The notes under the pieces are model-generated. The model saw only the letters and a list, made by a program, of their open reading frames with translations. It made no database searches and had not been told where the DNA came from. The position numbers and the translations under genes are program-made. A stretch of 64,000 nucleotides of DNA from an uncultured Chromatiales bacterium (GTDB lineage: Bacteria; Bacteroidota; Ignavibacteria; SZUA-365; CAYQST01), in the NCBI GenBank assembly GCA_964449305.1, contig CAYUYM010000001.1, positions 32,160 to 96,159 on the forward strand, written 5' to 3'. Numbering within the stretch: position 1 is the first letter of the stretch; every line of letters begins with the position of its first letter. Below, piece after piece: positions 8,903 to 18,786 of the stretch.

Positions 8903-10300
8903 ATGGCACAATCATTCGATGTCGTCGTCGTCGGAGCCGGCCCGGGAGGGTACGTCGCCGCCATTCGCGCCGCCCAGCTCGGCTTGAAAACCGCCTGCGT
9001 CGAGGCGAAACACCTCGGAGGCATCTGCCTCAACTGGGGCTGCATCCCCACAAAATCCCTCCTGAAAAATGCCGAGGCATGGGATACCGTCATGCACGCC
9101 CAGGACTATGGCATCTCCGTGGAGAACCCGACCTTCGATTTCTCCAAAGTGATCCAGCGCAGCCGCGGCATCGCCGATCGTATGTCCAAGGGTGTCGCCT
9201 TCCTCTTCAAAAAATACGGCGTCACCCACATCCAGGGCCATGGCCGCCTCCTCGACCAGGGGCGCCTCGGGGTGTTCGACAGGGAGGGGACGCAGCTCGA
9301 TGAGATCTCCGCACCCCACATCATCCTCGCCACCGGCGCCCGCCCCCGCGCCATCCCCGGCACGCAGTTCGATGGGAAACGCGTCATCTCTTACTTCGAG
9401 GCCATGACTCTCGATCACGTCCCACAATCGCTCATCGTCCTCGGCGCAGGCGCCATCGGTGTCGAGTTCGCCTGGTTCTACAGCGTGTTCGGCGCCAAGG
9501 TCACCATCGTCGAGATGATGCCCAACCTCCTCCCGATCGAGGATGAGGAGGTCTCCAAGGAACTCGAACGCAGCTATCGCAAACGGAAGATCGCGGCGAA
9601 AACCTCCTCCAAGGTCGAATCCATCGAGGTGCTCGACGAGGGCGTCCGTGTCACGGTGTCCAACGACAAGGGCACGGAGGTGCTCGAGGCGGAACTGGCG
9701 CTCATGTCCGTGGGCATCCAGGGCAACGTCGAACACCTCGGGCTCGAAACGCTCGGCATCACCCTTGAGCGTGGCTATGTGAAGGTCGACGAGTTCTATC
9801 GCACCAATGTCCCGGGCGTCTACGCCATCGGCGATCTGGTCGGCCCTCCCTGGCTCGCCCACGTGGCATCGGCCGAGGGCATCACCTGTGTCGAGGCCCT
9901 TGCCGGGAAGACGGTGTCCCCCATCGATTATGGCAACATCCCCGGCTGCACCTACTGCCAGCCGCAGGTCGCAAGCGTCGGCCTCACTGAGCGCAAGGCG
10001 CGTGAGGCGGGCTACGAGGTCAGGGTCGGGAAGTTCCCGTTCACGGCGTCGGGCAAGGCCGTGGCCATCGGCCATACCGACGGCTTCGTCAAGATGGTCT
10101 TCGATGCACAGTACGGACAGCTTCTCGGCGTCCACATCATCGGCCCCGAAGCCACCGAGCTCATCGCCGAGGCGGCCCTCGCCCGCACCTTCGAATCCAC
10201 CGAACACGAGCTCATCAAGACCATCCACGCCCATCCGACCCTTTCGGAGGCGATGATGGAGGCCGCTGCAGTGGCCTTTGGTGAGTCGGTGAACTTCTGA
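8903..10300 (+). CDS. lpdA: Dihydrolipoyl dehydrogenase (E3)
   Basis: The protein starts MAQSFDVVVVGAGPGGY, the FAD-binding motif. It has the redox-active disulfide GGICLNWGCIPTK and a C-terminal HAHPTLSE interface motif. An aggag RBS lies 12 nt upstream. Confidence 0.9.
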   Translation: MAQSFDVVVVGAGPGGYVAAIRAAQLGLKTACVEAKHLGGICLNWGCIPTKSLLKNAEAWDTVMHAQDYGISVENPTFDFSKVIQRSRGIADRMSKGVAFLFKKYGVTHIQGHGRLLDQGRLGVFDREGTQLDEISAPHIILATGARPRAIPGTQFDGKRVISYFEAMTLDHVPQSLIVLGAGAIGVEFAWFYSVFGAKVTIVEMMPNLLPIEDEEVSKELERSYRKRKIAAKTSSKVESIEVLDEGVRVTVSNDKGTEVLEAELALMSVGIQGNVEHLGLETLGITLERGYVKVDEFYRTNVPGVYAIGDLVGPPWLAHVASAEGITCVEALAGKTVSPIDYGNIPGCTYCQPQVASVGLTERKAREAGYEVRVGKFPFTASGKAVAIGHTDGFVKMVFDAQYGQLLGVHIIGPEATELIAEAALARTFESTEHELIKTIHAHPTLSEAMMEAAAVAFGESVNF

Positions 10301-11079
10301 TGCCCGTTACGCCTCCCCGCATCACCGGCATGATCCACCTCCTGCCCCTGCCCGGCGCCCCCGGGTTCGCCGGCAGCGTGGACGCCGTCCGCGAGCGCGC
10401 CCTCGCCGATGCCGCCGCGCTCGCGGAGGCCGGTGTCGACGCCCTCATGGTGGAAAACTATGGCGATGTGCCGTTTCACCGCGAGGCTCGCGATCCCGTC
10501 ACCGTCGCGGTCATGACGCACCTCGTGGCGGAGCTCCGCCGCGAGGTGCCCCTGCCGCTCGGCGTCCAAGTCCTGCGCAATGATGCCATCGCGGCCCTCG
10601 CCATCGCCGCGGCCACCGGGGCGGCATTCATCCGCGTCAACGTGCTGTCCGGTGTCATGGTCTCCGATCAGGGGATCATCGAGGGCTGTGCCGCGGAACT
10701 CATGCGCCTCCGCGCCCGCATCGCGCCTGATATCGCCGTGTGGGCCGACGTCTTCGTCAAACATGCAACACCCCTAGGCTCCGTGTCACTCGCCGATGCC
10801 GTCCGCGACACCGTGGAACGTGGCTGCGCTGATGCCGTCATCGTGTCCGGCACGGCCACGGGCAGTCCGGCGGATCCGGACGACATCCGCACGGTGCGTT
10901 CCGCCTCCACGCGCCCTGTCATCATCGGCAGCGGAGTCACGGAGGATTCTGTCGCCGACCTCCTCGCCATGGCCGATGCCGTCATCGTCGGAACCGCAGT
11001 GAAACGCGATGGCATCACCACCAATCCTGTCGATCCTGTCCGTGCACGCGCCGTCGTCGCACGTGCGTCCACTCGCTGA
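10300..11079 (+). CDS. BtpA/SgcQ family protein (TIM-barrel, PF03437-like)
   Basis: The N-terminus ITGMIHLLPLPGAPGF... matches the BtpA family. Its start codon overlaps the lpdA stop (atga). Confidence 0.65.
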   Translation: MPVTPPRITGMIHLLPLPGAPGFAGSVDAVRERALADAAALAEAGVDALMVENYGDVPFHREARDPVTVAVMTHLVAELRREVPLPLGVQVLRNDAIAALAIAAATGAAFIRVNVLSGVMVSDQGIIEGCAAELMRLRARIAPDIAVWADVFVKHATPLGSVSLADAVRDTVERGCADAVIVSGTATGSPADPDDIRTVRSASTRPVIIGSGVTEDSVADLLAMADAVIVGTAVKRDGITTNPVDPVRARAVVARASTR

Positions 11080-11093
11080 TCTCCTTCAATCCG

Positions 11094-12935
11094 TCATCGT
11101 TCGTCCGTGCCCTCCTTCACACCGGTGAGGACGATCTCCACACGCCTGTTGTATTGCTGCATGCGATCGGGGCGCGCGTTGGAGTTGTCGATCTTCCCGA
11201 GCGGCAGCGTCGAGAGGCGGTAGGGCGAGACGCGGTTGCGTGTGAGATGCTCCGCCGCCTTCTCCGCCCGTTGGCGCGACAGGGCCAGATTGAAGGTTTC
11301 ATCGCCCACCTCGTCGGCATAGCCGCGGATGTCGGCCACAAAGTTGGGATGCTGCAGAAGATGCTGCGCCACCGCCTCGAGCGTGGTGCGCGCCTCCTCC
11401 GACAACGTCGTCTGTCCGTATTCAAAGAAGATCATCGTCACAACCACATCCGGAATGCGCCGGCTGTTTCCGGCCTCCCTCGCCATGTTCAGAAGCTGCT
11501 GTGCCCGCTTGAATGCGGCATCCACCTTCCCCGCAATGTACTCGGCACGCTCCTCCTCCGGGATCTCCGGTGGCGCGGCCGACATGGCGCCACGGACAAT
11601 GGCGTAATCCGGCGTCGGGTGACGCTCCGACGCTGCCTCAGCGCGCCCGCCACCTCCAGCCGGTGTGCGAGGCGGTTGACTCGGTGTCATCGCCCCCGGG
11701 ACGGCGTACGTCCCAAGTGTCACCGACCCGGTCGTGTCAGTGGAGGAGATGTGCGCCTCGCCGCGGTCGATCATCTCCCGCACTCCCTCGGATTTGTCTC
11801 CGAACATGGGGGCGACATCGGCCAGATGGAACTCCGCACTCGTGGTCGAGGCATCCAGCGTCTCCTGCCTCACCACCGACACGGTCACCGTGTAATGCCC
11901 GTTGGGAAGCCCTCCGGCAAATTCCGGGGCCAATCCCAGTTCATCGAAATCCACGATCCCGCCGGCGTCGAGTTCCTCGTCCATCGCGCGGAGAGTGTGG
12001 TCCCGCATCGATTGGGCCACGACGGCGTTGTCCTTCATCAGGAGGAATCGCACCTGTGTTTCCATGTCGCCGTCACCGGTCTTCTGGATGCGGAGACGCA
12101 GCTTCTCTGGTGAGGATCGCAACTGACTGAACGAGTGGAACGGGCTGATCACCATCGAGGATTGAAGGCGCTGCTCCACCTGCCCGGGTGCGTCTGCCAC
12201 GCTCCCATCCCTGTCAGCGGCCTCCTCGTGTTCCCTGTCCCTGTCTCGTTCACCTGGACCTGTCGGGGCATCATGGGAGCCGGCCGAACCCAGGCGCCAG
12301 CTGATGCCGAAGGACATCGATGAATATCCATCATGATCGCTGCCGGAGACCAGGCCATCCAATCCGTCTGTGTCCGTGAACTGGGAGGCGAAGACGATGC
12401 GCATGTCAAGTGCCGACGTGAGCGGACGCAGCACACCGAGCGAAAACCCCACCGTCGGAATGATCTGTGCATCATCACGCACGGCTGCCACGCCAAGGTG
12501 CTTCACCGTCTTCTTGATGAAGAGGCCGGTGTTGAGCTGCACGAATGGGGCGAGATCCCACAGCCCCAGACCTGCAAGGCGCCACTGCGGAGAGGCCATC
12601 ACACCCCCGAACATGGCCTGGTAGACAAAGTAGTTGCCGGTCAGATCCACGCTGCGTGTGCTGAACAGCCCGCCATGCACCATGCCGTTCAGGGCGAATC
12701 CTGATCCCAGGGGATACTCGACAAACGCCGCCAGGATCGGCTGCATGCGGTAGTTGCTGAATGCCCTCGTGAAGTCGTTCCCGGCCACGTTGGCGCCGGC
12801 CATCACCCCGATCGTCAGGGGTTCCTCTGCGGTGGCGTTCAATGCCCCCTGCGCATGGACGGGCATGGCTGCCCCGAGAACGAGCAGGAGCACGATGGCG
12901 AGTCGGGGTGGCATGGAGCGTGCGTGTCTGGTCAT
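11094..12935 (-). CDS. OmpA-family outer membrane protein (beta-barrel N-domain + C-terminal OmpA peptidoglycan-binding domain)
   Basis: It has a signal peptide, MTRHARSMPPRLAIVLLLVLGAAMPVHAQ. The C-terminus FNLALSRQRAEKAAEHL...NRRVEIVL is the OmpA_C motif. An acidic linker, GPGERDRDREHEE, precedes it. Confidence 0.75.
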   Translation of the reverse strand: MTRHARSMPPRLAIVLLLVLGAAMPVHAQGALNATAEEPLTIGVMAGANVAGNDFTRAFSNYRMQPILAAFVEYPLGSGFALNGMVHGGLFSTRSVDLTGNYFVYQAMFGGVMASPQWRLAGLGLWDLAPFVQLNTGLFIKKTVKHLGVAAVRDDAQIIPTVGFSLGVLRPLTSALDMRIVFASQFTDTDGLDGLVSGSDHDGYSSMSFGISWRLGSAGSHDAPTGPGERDRDREHEEAADRDGSVADAPGQVEQRLQSSMVISPFHSFSQLRSSPEKLRLRIQKTGDGDMETQVRFLLMKDNAVVAQSMRDHTLRAMDEELDAGGIVDFDELGLAPEFAGGLPNGHYTVTVSVVRQETLDASTTSAEFHLADVAPMFGDKSEGVREMIDRGEAHISSTDTTGSVTLGTYAVPGAMTPSQPPRTPAGGGGRAEAASERHPTPDYAIVRGAMSAAPPEIPEEERAEYIAGKVDAAFKRAQQLLNMAREAGNSRRIPDVVVTMIFFEYGQTTLSEEARTTLEAVAQHLLQHPNFVADIRGYADEVGDETFNLALSRQRAEKAAEHLTRNRVSPYRLSTLPLGKIDNSNARPDRMQQYNRRVEIVLTGVKEGTDER

Positions 12936-13013
12936 GTATTGTCGTCTTTCATAAAAAACGCGGGGGCCGGTGACGACCCCCGCAGCATTCAATCACCTCG
13001 AGGTGTCAGTTGA

Positions 13014-15429
13014 TCACTTCAACACGATCAGTCGTTTCGACAGCACAACACCGTTCGTCGTCAACACGTACTGATACGTGCCGGCGGGAACCGAGCGCCC
13101 ACGGGCGTCGAGCCCATCCCACTGGATGAAGTGCATGCCCGCACCCTGGCTCTGGTTGATGAGTGTGCGGACCAGTGCGCCCTTGAGATCAAACACATCG
13201 AGCTTCACCACGGCGCTGGCCGGAAGGTTGTAACCGATGTTTGTCATCGCATTGCGCGAGCGGGAGAACGGGTTCGGGAAGTTTTGCTGCAGGTCCACGC
13301 TCGTCGGCTGGGCGGGAGTCTCCGCCGCGGTCGGGTCGTAGACGTACTCGACGATGGTCTTGCCAGCGTTGATGGGCACGTCCTTCACGGTCTCCATGTT
13401 GCCGAGCGGCCAGCGGATTGTCACGGAGTCGATCTTCGCCGCAGTGCCGATGCCGATGTGCTGCGCATAGGGTTCCTGCACACCCGCGCCCTTGCCGGCC
13501 ACGATCTGCCGTGTGTAGATGGTGGAACCGACATGCACCTTCAACTGTGCGCCAAGGGCGAAAACGTTCGCCGTTTTCGAGGTCAGCGTCAGTGTGGTGG
13601 AATTGCCGATACCGGTCAGCTGGTTCTTGAAGAGCTTCAGTCCATCGGGCATCACAACACACAGATCAAGCTTGCCGTCGTTGTCGAAATCCACCCATGC
13701 CACGCTGCGCGCGTTCTCAAGGCCGACGCCCGCCGCATATGTCACATCGACAAACGTGTTGTCGGGATTCTGCATGTAGAGCTGGGAGGCGTAGCATTTC
13801 TCATTCGTGGTGATGTAGAAATCCAGCAACCCGTCGTTGTTGAAATCACCCCAGGCCACGTCGCCGTTCATCGCACGATACCCAGGACCGCCGTTGATGA
13901 CGCTCGCAAAGGTGTAGTCCGGCGATCCGATGTTGCGGAACAGGGTCGTCATATCGCTGTATGGTGTGCGATACGGATACGCCACAGACGACTTGAGAAT
14001 GTCCATCATCCCGTCGTTGTCGTAGTCGCCGAAATCACAGCCCATGGTGTTGCCATAGTACCCGGGATAGCTGGATTTGCGCTCGCCCTCAAGGCCGACC
14101 ACACGCGCCACATTGGCAAGATCACCAGTGCCCTGGTTCTGGAACACGAGGTCCGGCTGCAGACGGTCGTTGCCCATGAACAGGTCCATGTCGCCATCAT
14201 CGTCGAAATCAACCCACTGGACGCAGCGCGCCGGACGCCAACCTTCGATCTGCTGCGACTGGTTGTACGGATTCCTGCCCCACGGACCGCGCAGATACCC
14301 GCCGAGGTAGGCCTTCTTCTGATCGGAGAAATGCCCGTCCTGTGTGTTCACGTACAGATAGGCCTCCCATGCGGCACCCGGAATGAGGGCGGAATCCGAG
14401 GGGTTGGCCGGGTTCTTCATGTACATGTATTCGCCGTTTGCCAGCACGAAATCGGGATACTTGTCGCTGTCGTAATCGGCAAACGACATGGCCGTGGAGT
14501 TGACTGCCGGCATGAACCCGGGATTCTGATCCAGCGTGAAATTGCCCTTGTCGTTGAGGTAGAGCAGATTCGCCGGCATGCAGACGATGTCCAGATCGCC
14601 ATCGTTGTCCACATCGACAAACATCTCCATGTCCGATCCCTTGGTGAAGCCCACCGTTGTTGCCACATCGGTGAACGTGCCATTGCCGTTGTTTCTGTAG
14701 AGGTGATCGCCCCACAGGCAGTCCTGGAGCCCGTCGGCGTCGTAATCCGCCCACGACACCTTGGCCCCCCCCGACCTTGGAGGTGAGCCCTGCGGTCTTG
14801 GCCACATCCTTGAACGACTTGGCCGTGCTCTCGTTGTAGTATTCTGCGGCGACGCCCATGTACCAATTGTTGATCGCCATGCCGGTGGCGAAATGCGAAC
14901 CGAAGCCATAGGCCTGTGCCTGGGGATCATACTGGGCGAACATCGACGTGTACATGGTGTCCCCGTCGGATGTGGCGCCGGTCGGGGTCTGCGTAACGCG
15001 GTCCATCCGCAGCTTCACATTTGATCCGCGCGGCATCACGCCCACGAAGAACGGTGTCGGGTTCGGAAAGTCCAGCGGTGTCGTGAACGTGATCTTCATC
15101 AGCTTGTCCGTCGCCTTCGGCACGAACATCCGGATGGGTGTGATGATGGGCATCAGAAAATACGGATAGGGTGCGCCGCCTTCCTCACCGAAGAGGATGA
15201 CGTCGACCGAGTCGCCATTGTTCTGATCGGTGACGAACCAAAACGAAAGCTCCGTGATTTTTGCTGGTGCCGTGGTCTGGTAGCGGGAGATGCAGATGGC
15301 ATTGGCAGGCTGGTTGAGTATCACATAATCCGCCTCCGCCTGATAATGCTCCAGGTTGACCTTGCGCTGCGCGTCAGCGGACACGGTCAGAAGAGCCATC
15401 AATACAAACACGGGAATCAATTTCTTCAT
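13014..15429 (-). pseudogene. CRTAC1/ASPIC-UnbV-like FG-GAP repeat protein with T9SS C-terminal domain, frameshifted by a 16-nt insertion (G8 run) near 14767-14774
   Basis: Two track ORFs, 14209..15429 and 13014..14930, are consecutive parts of one protein. The upstream part begins with the signal peptide MKKLIPVFVLMALLTVSADA. The downstream part contains FG-GAP/VCBS repeats such as DFDDDGDMDLF and DFNNDGLLDF, and the CTD NFPNPFSRS...VLSKRLIVLK. Removing ttggccccccccgacc restores a continuous reading ...GLTSKVSWADYDADG... Confidence 0.6.
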
Positions 15430-15485
15430 GGGTACCTCTGGTGTATGTCTGAAACCATCACATTCATTCGGTTGTCAGGAATGCT

Positions 15486-16520
15486 TCAAAAAGCCAAATG
15501 TAGCATTTTCGAGTCAAAAGGCAACGTCATCTGTTCAAGCAGTGTTTCCATGTTCGCCCCCTCCGGCCGGCTCAGTTCCAGCATGCGTTCGATGGGGAGC
15601 AGCGCCCGCTGCCGGACCGCCTCGTCGAGTTCGATGCGGGGCTCTCCCCGTTCCATGCATCGAACCAGCTTCTCCAGCGTGTTGAGACGCATGTACGGGC
15701 ATTCGCTGCACGAGCAGGATCCCTCCGGGGGGGCGGGAATGAGCACTGCGTCGGGGCAGGCCTGGCGCATTTGATGGAGGATGCCCGCTTCCGTTGCAAC
15801 AATGAAGGTCCCCCGCCCGAGCTCCCGGACACGCCCCAGGAGTGCCGACGTGGAACCGATGAAATCCGCGTGGTCGAGCACCGCCTCCTCGCACTCGGGA
15901 TGGGCCAGCACCATCGCATCAGGATGCTCGAACATCAGGGAGATGATGCGTGACGCACTGAACTGTTCATGGACGATGCAGGCGCCCTGCCATAGCAGCA
16001 TGTCGCGGCCGGTGGTGCGCATGAGGTACCGCCCAAGGTTTTTATCCGGTGCGAAGAGGATGGGGACGTGTGCCGGGATCGCACGAATGATGCGCTCGGC
16101 GCTGCTTGATGTGCAGATGATGTCGCTCAGAGCCTTCACCTCGGCCGTGCAATTGATGTAGGTCACGGCAAGGTGGTCCGGGTGCAGCTCGCGAAAACGT
16201 CGGAACGCATGGGTCGGTGCCGCATCAGCGAGGGAGCAGCCCGCCTCAATGTCGGGCAGGAGCACCACCTTCCCGGGGTTCAGAATCTTTGCGGTCTCCG
16301 CCATGAAATGAACACCACAGAACACGATCACATCGGCGGAGGTCTCCGCCGCCCGCCGCGCCAGCTCGAGGCTGTCCCCCACAAAGTCGGCGAGATCCTG
16401 GATCTCCGCCTCCTGGTAGTAGTGTGCCAGTATCACGGCATTGAGCTGCTCCTTCAACGCGAGGATGCGCGTGCGACGAGCCGCAGGGCTGGAGGCGTCG
16501 GTGGTGGGGGAGAGGAGCAT
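15486..16520 (-). CDS. nadA: Quinolinate synthase A
   Basis: The protein carries [21 protein letters not shown] and three conserved Cys ([21 protein letters not shown]). I moved the start to the internal Met. Confidence 0.85.
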   Translation of the reverse strand: MLLSPTTDASSPAARRTRILALKEQLNAVILAHYYQEAEIQDLADFVGDSLELARRAAETSADVIVFCGVHFMAETAKILNPGKVVLLPDIEAGCSLADAAPTHAFRRFRELHPDHLAVTYINCTAEVKALSDIICTSSSAERIIRAIPAHVPILFAPDKNLGRYLMRTTGRDMLLWQGACIVHEQFSASRIISLMFEHPDAMVLAHPECEEAVLDHADFIGSTSALLGRVRELGRGTFIVATEAGILHQMRQACPDAVLIPAPPEGSCSCSECPYMRLNTLEKLVRCMERGEPRIELDEAVRQRALLPIERMLELSRPEGANMETLLEQMTLPFDSKMLHLAF

Positions 16521-16543
16521 GGGCGTTCCTGACGATGGTGGGA

Positions 16544-18379
16544 CTATTCGACGGTGACGCTCTTCGCGAGGTTCCGCGGCTGATCCACATTGCATCCGCG
16601 CCGGACGGCGATGTGGTAGGCAAGCAGCTGCAACGGGATCGATGCGAGCATGGGGGTGAGAAAATCCACCGTGCGCGGGATGCGGATCACGTGCTGCACC
16701 AGGGGCTCGATCTCCGTGTCCTCGGTGTTGATGATGGCGATCACGGTGCCCTTGCGCGCCCGTACCTCCATGATGTTGCTGATCACCTTTTCGTAGATCG
16801 CGTCCTGTGGGGCGATGACCACCACGGGCATGTTCTCATCGATGAGGGCGATCGGTCCGTGCTTCATCTCGGCGGCGGGGTAGCCCTCGGCATGGATGTA
16901 GGAGATCTCCTTGAGCTTCAGCGCGCCTTCCAGCGCGGTCGGAAAGTTGTATCCGCGCCCTAGGTAGAGGGCGTTGGATGTCGCGAAGTACTGGTCGGCC
17001 AGGTCACGGATCGCATCGGAGTGTTCGAGGATCTCACGCACCTTGTCCGGAATGGCGAGAAGCTCCCCAGCAAACTCCCTGCCCTTCTCGAGGGAGATGA
17101 ATCCGCGGTTGCGGCCGAGCATGAGTGTCAGCAGTGCCAGCGCCGTGAGCTGTGACGTGAAGGCCTTGGTCGATGCCACGCCAATCTCGGGGCCCGCGTG
17201 GATGAACACGCCGGCATCCGTCTCCCGTGCGATGGTGGACCCGACGACGTTGCAGATGCCGACCACGGTGGCGCCGCGTGCCTTGGCCTCCCGGAGCGCC
17301 GCCAGGGTGTCCGCCGTCTCGCCACTCTGGCTGATGGCGATCACCACATCATCCTCCGAGATGATCGGATTGCGGTAGCGGAACTCCGAGGCATACTCCA
17401 CCTCGACAGGGATGTGCGCGTATTCCTCGAGCATGTACTCACCGACGAGGGCGGCATGCCACGATGTGCCGCAGGCGGTGATGATGATGCGACGTGCAGA
17501 AGTGAGCGCGTTCTGGACGTCGCGGAGCCCGCCGAGCTTGGCCGTGCCCTTGTCGCGCAGGATGCGCCCCCGCAGCGAATCCATGATGGTCTGCGGCTGT
17601 TCGTGGATCTCCTTCAGCATGAAGTGGGGGAACCCGCCCTTCTCGATCTGCTCGATGTCGTAGGTGATCTCCACGATCTCCTTCTGCACCAGATCATCGC
17701 CGATGGTCTTGATCTCGTAGCCCTCACGCGTCATGGTGGCAATGTTTCCATCATCGAGGAACACCACCTGGCGGGTGTGTTCAATGATGGCGGAGGGATC
17801 CGAGGCCACGAAATATTCGTCGTCGTTGATGCCCAGCACCAGCGGGGATCCGCGCCGTGCGGCGATGAGGGTGTCGGGCTCGTGCTTCGACATGACCAGA
17901 AGGCCATAAGTGCCGTCCACCTCCTTCAGCGCGAGTCGGACGGCCTGCTCAAGGTTGTGGGTGATGTCGTAGAACTTGGAGATGAACTGCACGAGGGATT
18001 CCGTGTCGGTGTCGGTGATGAAACGGATGCCATCCTGCTCGAGGCGCTTGCGGATCGCGCCATAGTTCTCGATGATGCCGTTGTGCGCGATCACGATCGA
18101 TTCCGTGTGGTCCAGATGCGGATGGGCGTTGATGTCCGTCGGCTCGCCGTGCGTGGCCCAGCGGGTGTGGCCGATGCCGATCGTGCTCGTGACATCGTTG
18201 AGGCCCAGAAGCGTGTCGAGATCGGCCACCTTGCCGGCTTTCTTGACCACCGTGATCTCGCCCTCATGCAGCACCGCCACCCCGGCGGAATCATATCCAC
18301 GGTACTCGAGCCGCTTGAGGCCGTTCACCAATATGGGTGTGGCATTCTTCCACCCGATGTATCCAACCAAACCGCACAT
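16544..18379 (-). CDS. glmS: Glutamine--fructose-6-phosphate aminotransferase (isomerising)
   Basis: The protein starts MCGLVGYIG, which contains the N-terminal nucleophile Cys. Two SIS domains are present. The C-terminus is ...AKSVTVE. Length is 611 aa. Confidence 0.95.
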   Translation of the reverse strand: MCGLVGYIGWKNATPILVNGLKRLEYRGYDSAGVAVLHEGEITVVKKAGKVADLDTLLGLNDVTSTIGIGHTRWATHGEPTDINAHPHLDHTESIVIAHNGIIENYGAIRKRLEQDGIRFITDTDTESLVQFISKFYDITHNLEQAVRLALKEVDGTYGLLVMSKHEPDTLIAARRGSPLVLGINDDEYFVASDPSAIIEHTRQVVFLDDGNIATMTREGYEIKTIGDDLVQKEIVEITYDIEQIEKGGFPHFMLKEIHEQPQTIMDSLRGRILRDKGTAKLGGLRDVQNALTSARRIIITACGTSWHAALVGEYMLEEYAHIPVEVEYASEFRYRNPIISEDDVVIAISQSGETADTLAALREAKARGATVVGICNVVGSTIARETDAGVFIHAGPEIGVASTKAFTSQLTALALLTLMLGRNRGFISLEKGREFAGELLAIPDKVREILEHSDAIRDLADQYFATSNALYLGRGYNFPTALEGALKLKEISYIHAEGYPAAEMKHGPIALIDENMPVVVIAPQDAIYEKVISNIMEVRARKGTVIAIINTEDTEIEPLVQHVIRIPRTVDFLTPMLASIPLQLLAYHIAVRRGCNVDQPRNLAKSVTVE

Positions 18380-18598
18380 GTGTCACCTGCCTTCTGCGTT
18401 GAATCAAGGGAATCGTTCAATCATTCATCAAGGTAAGAAATGTCAGGTGTTGGAAAAAGGGGGTTTTTCATCCTCTGCATGCCGGATGCCCGGTCCCGGG
18501 TTGTGGAATTGGGATGGCATAAGACAATCCGGAAATTATTAGGTTACACCGCGCCAAGCGTTATACTTTTCCCTGGGAGTTGTGCTATCTTCATTTCG

Positions 18599-18648
18599 GA
18601 AAACGTGATCGTGATCGAAAGAAAACGTGATCGTGATCGTGACGATCC
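18599..18648. repeat. Tandem direct repeat (GAAAACGTGATCGTGATCG x2, containing GATCAC/GATCGT hexamer iterations) in the glmS upstream leader
   Basis: A perfect 19-nt unit is duplicated with a 3-nt spacer, and a partial third copy, TGACGATCC, follows. It lies in a 400-bp AT-rich non-coding island. Small ORFs there have no GC3 bias. Confidence 0.7.
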
Positions 18649-18674
18649 AACCCCGTCGTCATGATCCACCACCC

Positions 18675-18716
18675 CTGCCCATCGACGCAACTCCCGGTGG
18701 GCAGGGCTTTTTTTTG
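18675..18716 (+). terminator. Hairpin CTGCCCA...TGGGCAG followed by T8 (plus-strand intrinsic terminator-like)
   Basis: The sequence is seen directly. The stem has a 16-nt loop, so this terminator is weak. The T8 tract is shared with the minus-strand terminator. Confidence 0.35.
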
Positions 18717-18749
18717 GTAAAAAGAAGCCCGCCGATGTCGGCGGGCTTC
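18708..18749 (-). terminator. Rho-independent terminator of T9SS paralog A
   Basis: On the minus strand the sequence reads GCCCGCCGACATCGGCGGGC followed by TTCTTTTTACCAAAAAAAA. It lies 38 nt downstream of the stop at 18787. Confidence 0.75.
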
Positions 18750-18786
18750 AGCCATCGCGTCGGGCTTCAGGCCGAAACGATGAAGA

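Noticed and set aside
18599-18648. CRISPR-like repeat
   Set aside because: There are only two adjacent copies plus a partial copy of a 19-mer, with no spacers of CRISPR size. No cas genes are present in the window.
18440-18664. 74-aa ORF in the glmS upstream island, plus N-terminal extensions of many track ORFs (e.g. 20362, 22243, 36750, 42375, 43521, 51619, 53084, 54426)
   Set aside because: Third-codon positions show no GC enrichment. The extensions precede obvious signal peptides or conserved N-termini. I chose the internal Met starts.
18380-18700. Possible glmS ribozyme in the glmS 5' leader
   Set aside because: The conserved glmS ribozyme core and pseudoknot elements are not recognisable in the leader. 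The region is AT-rich with simple direct repeats instead. The lineage inferred here (Bacteroidota-like) does not typically carry it.
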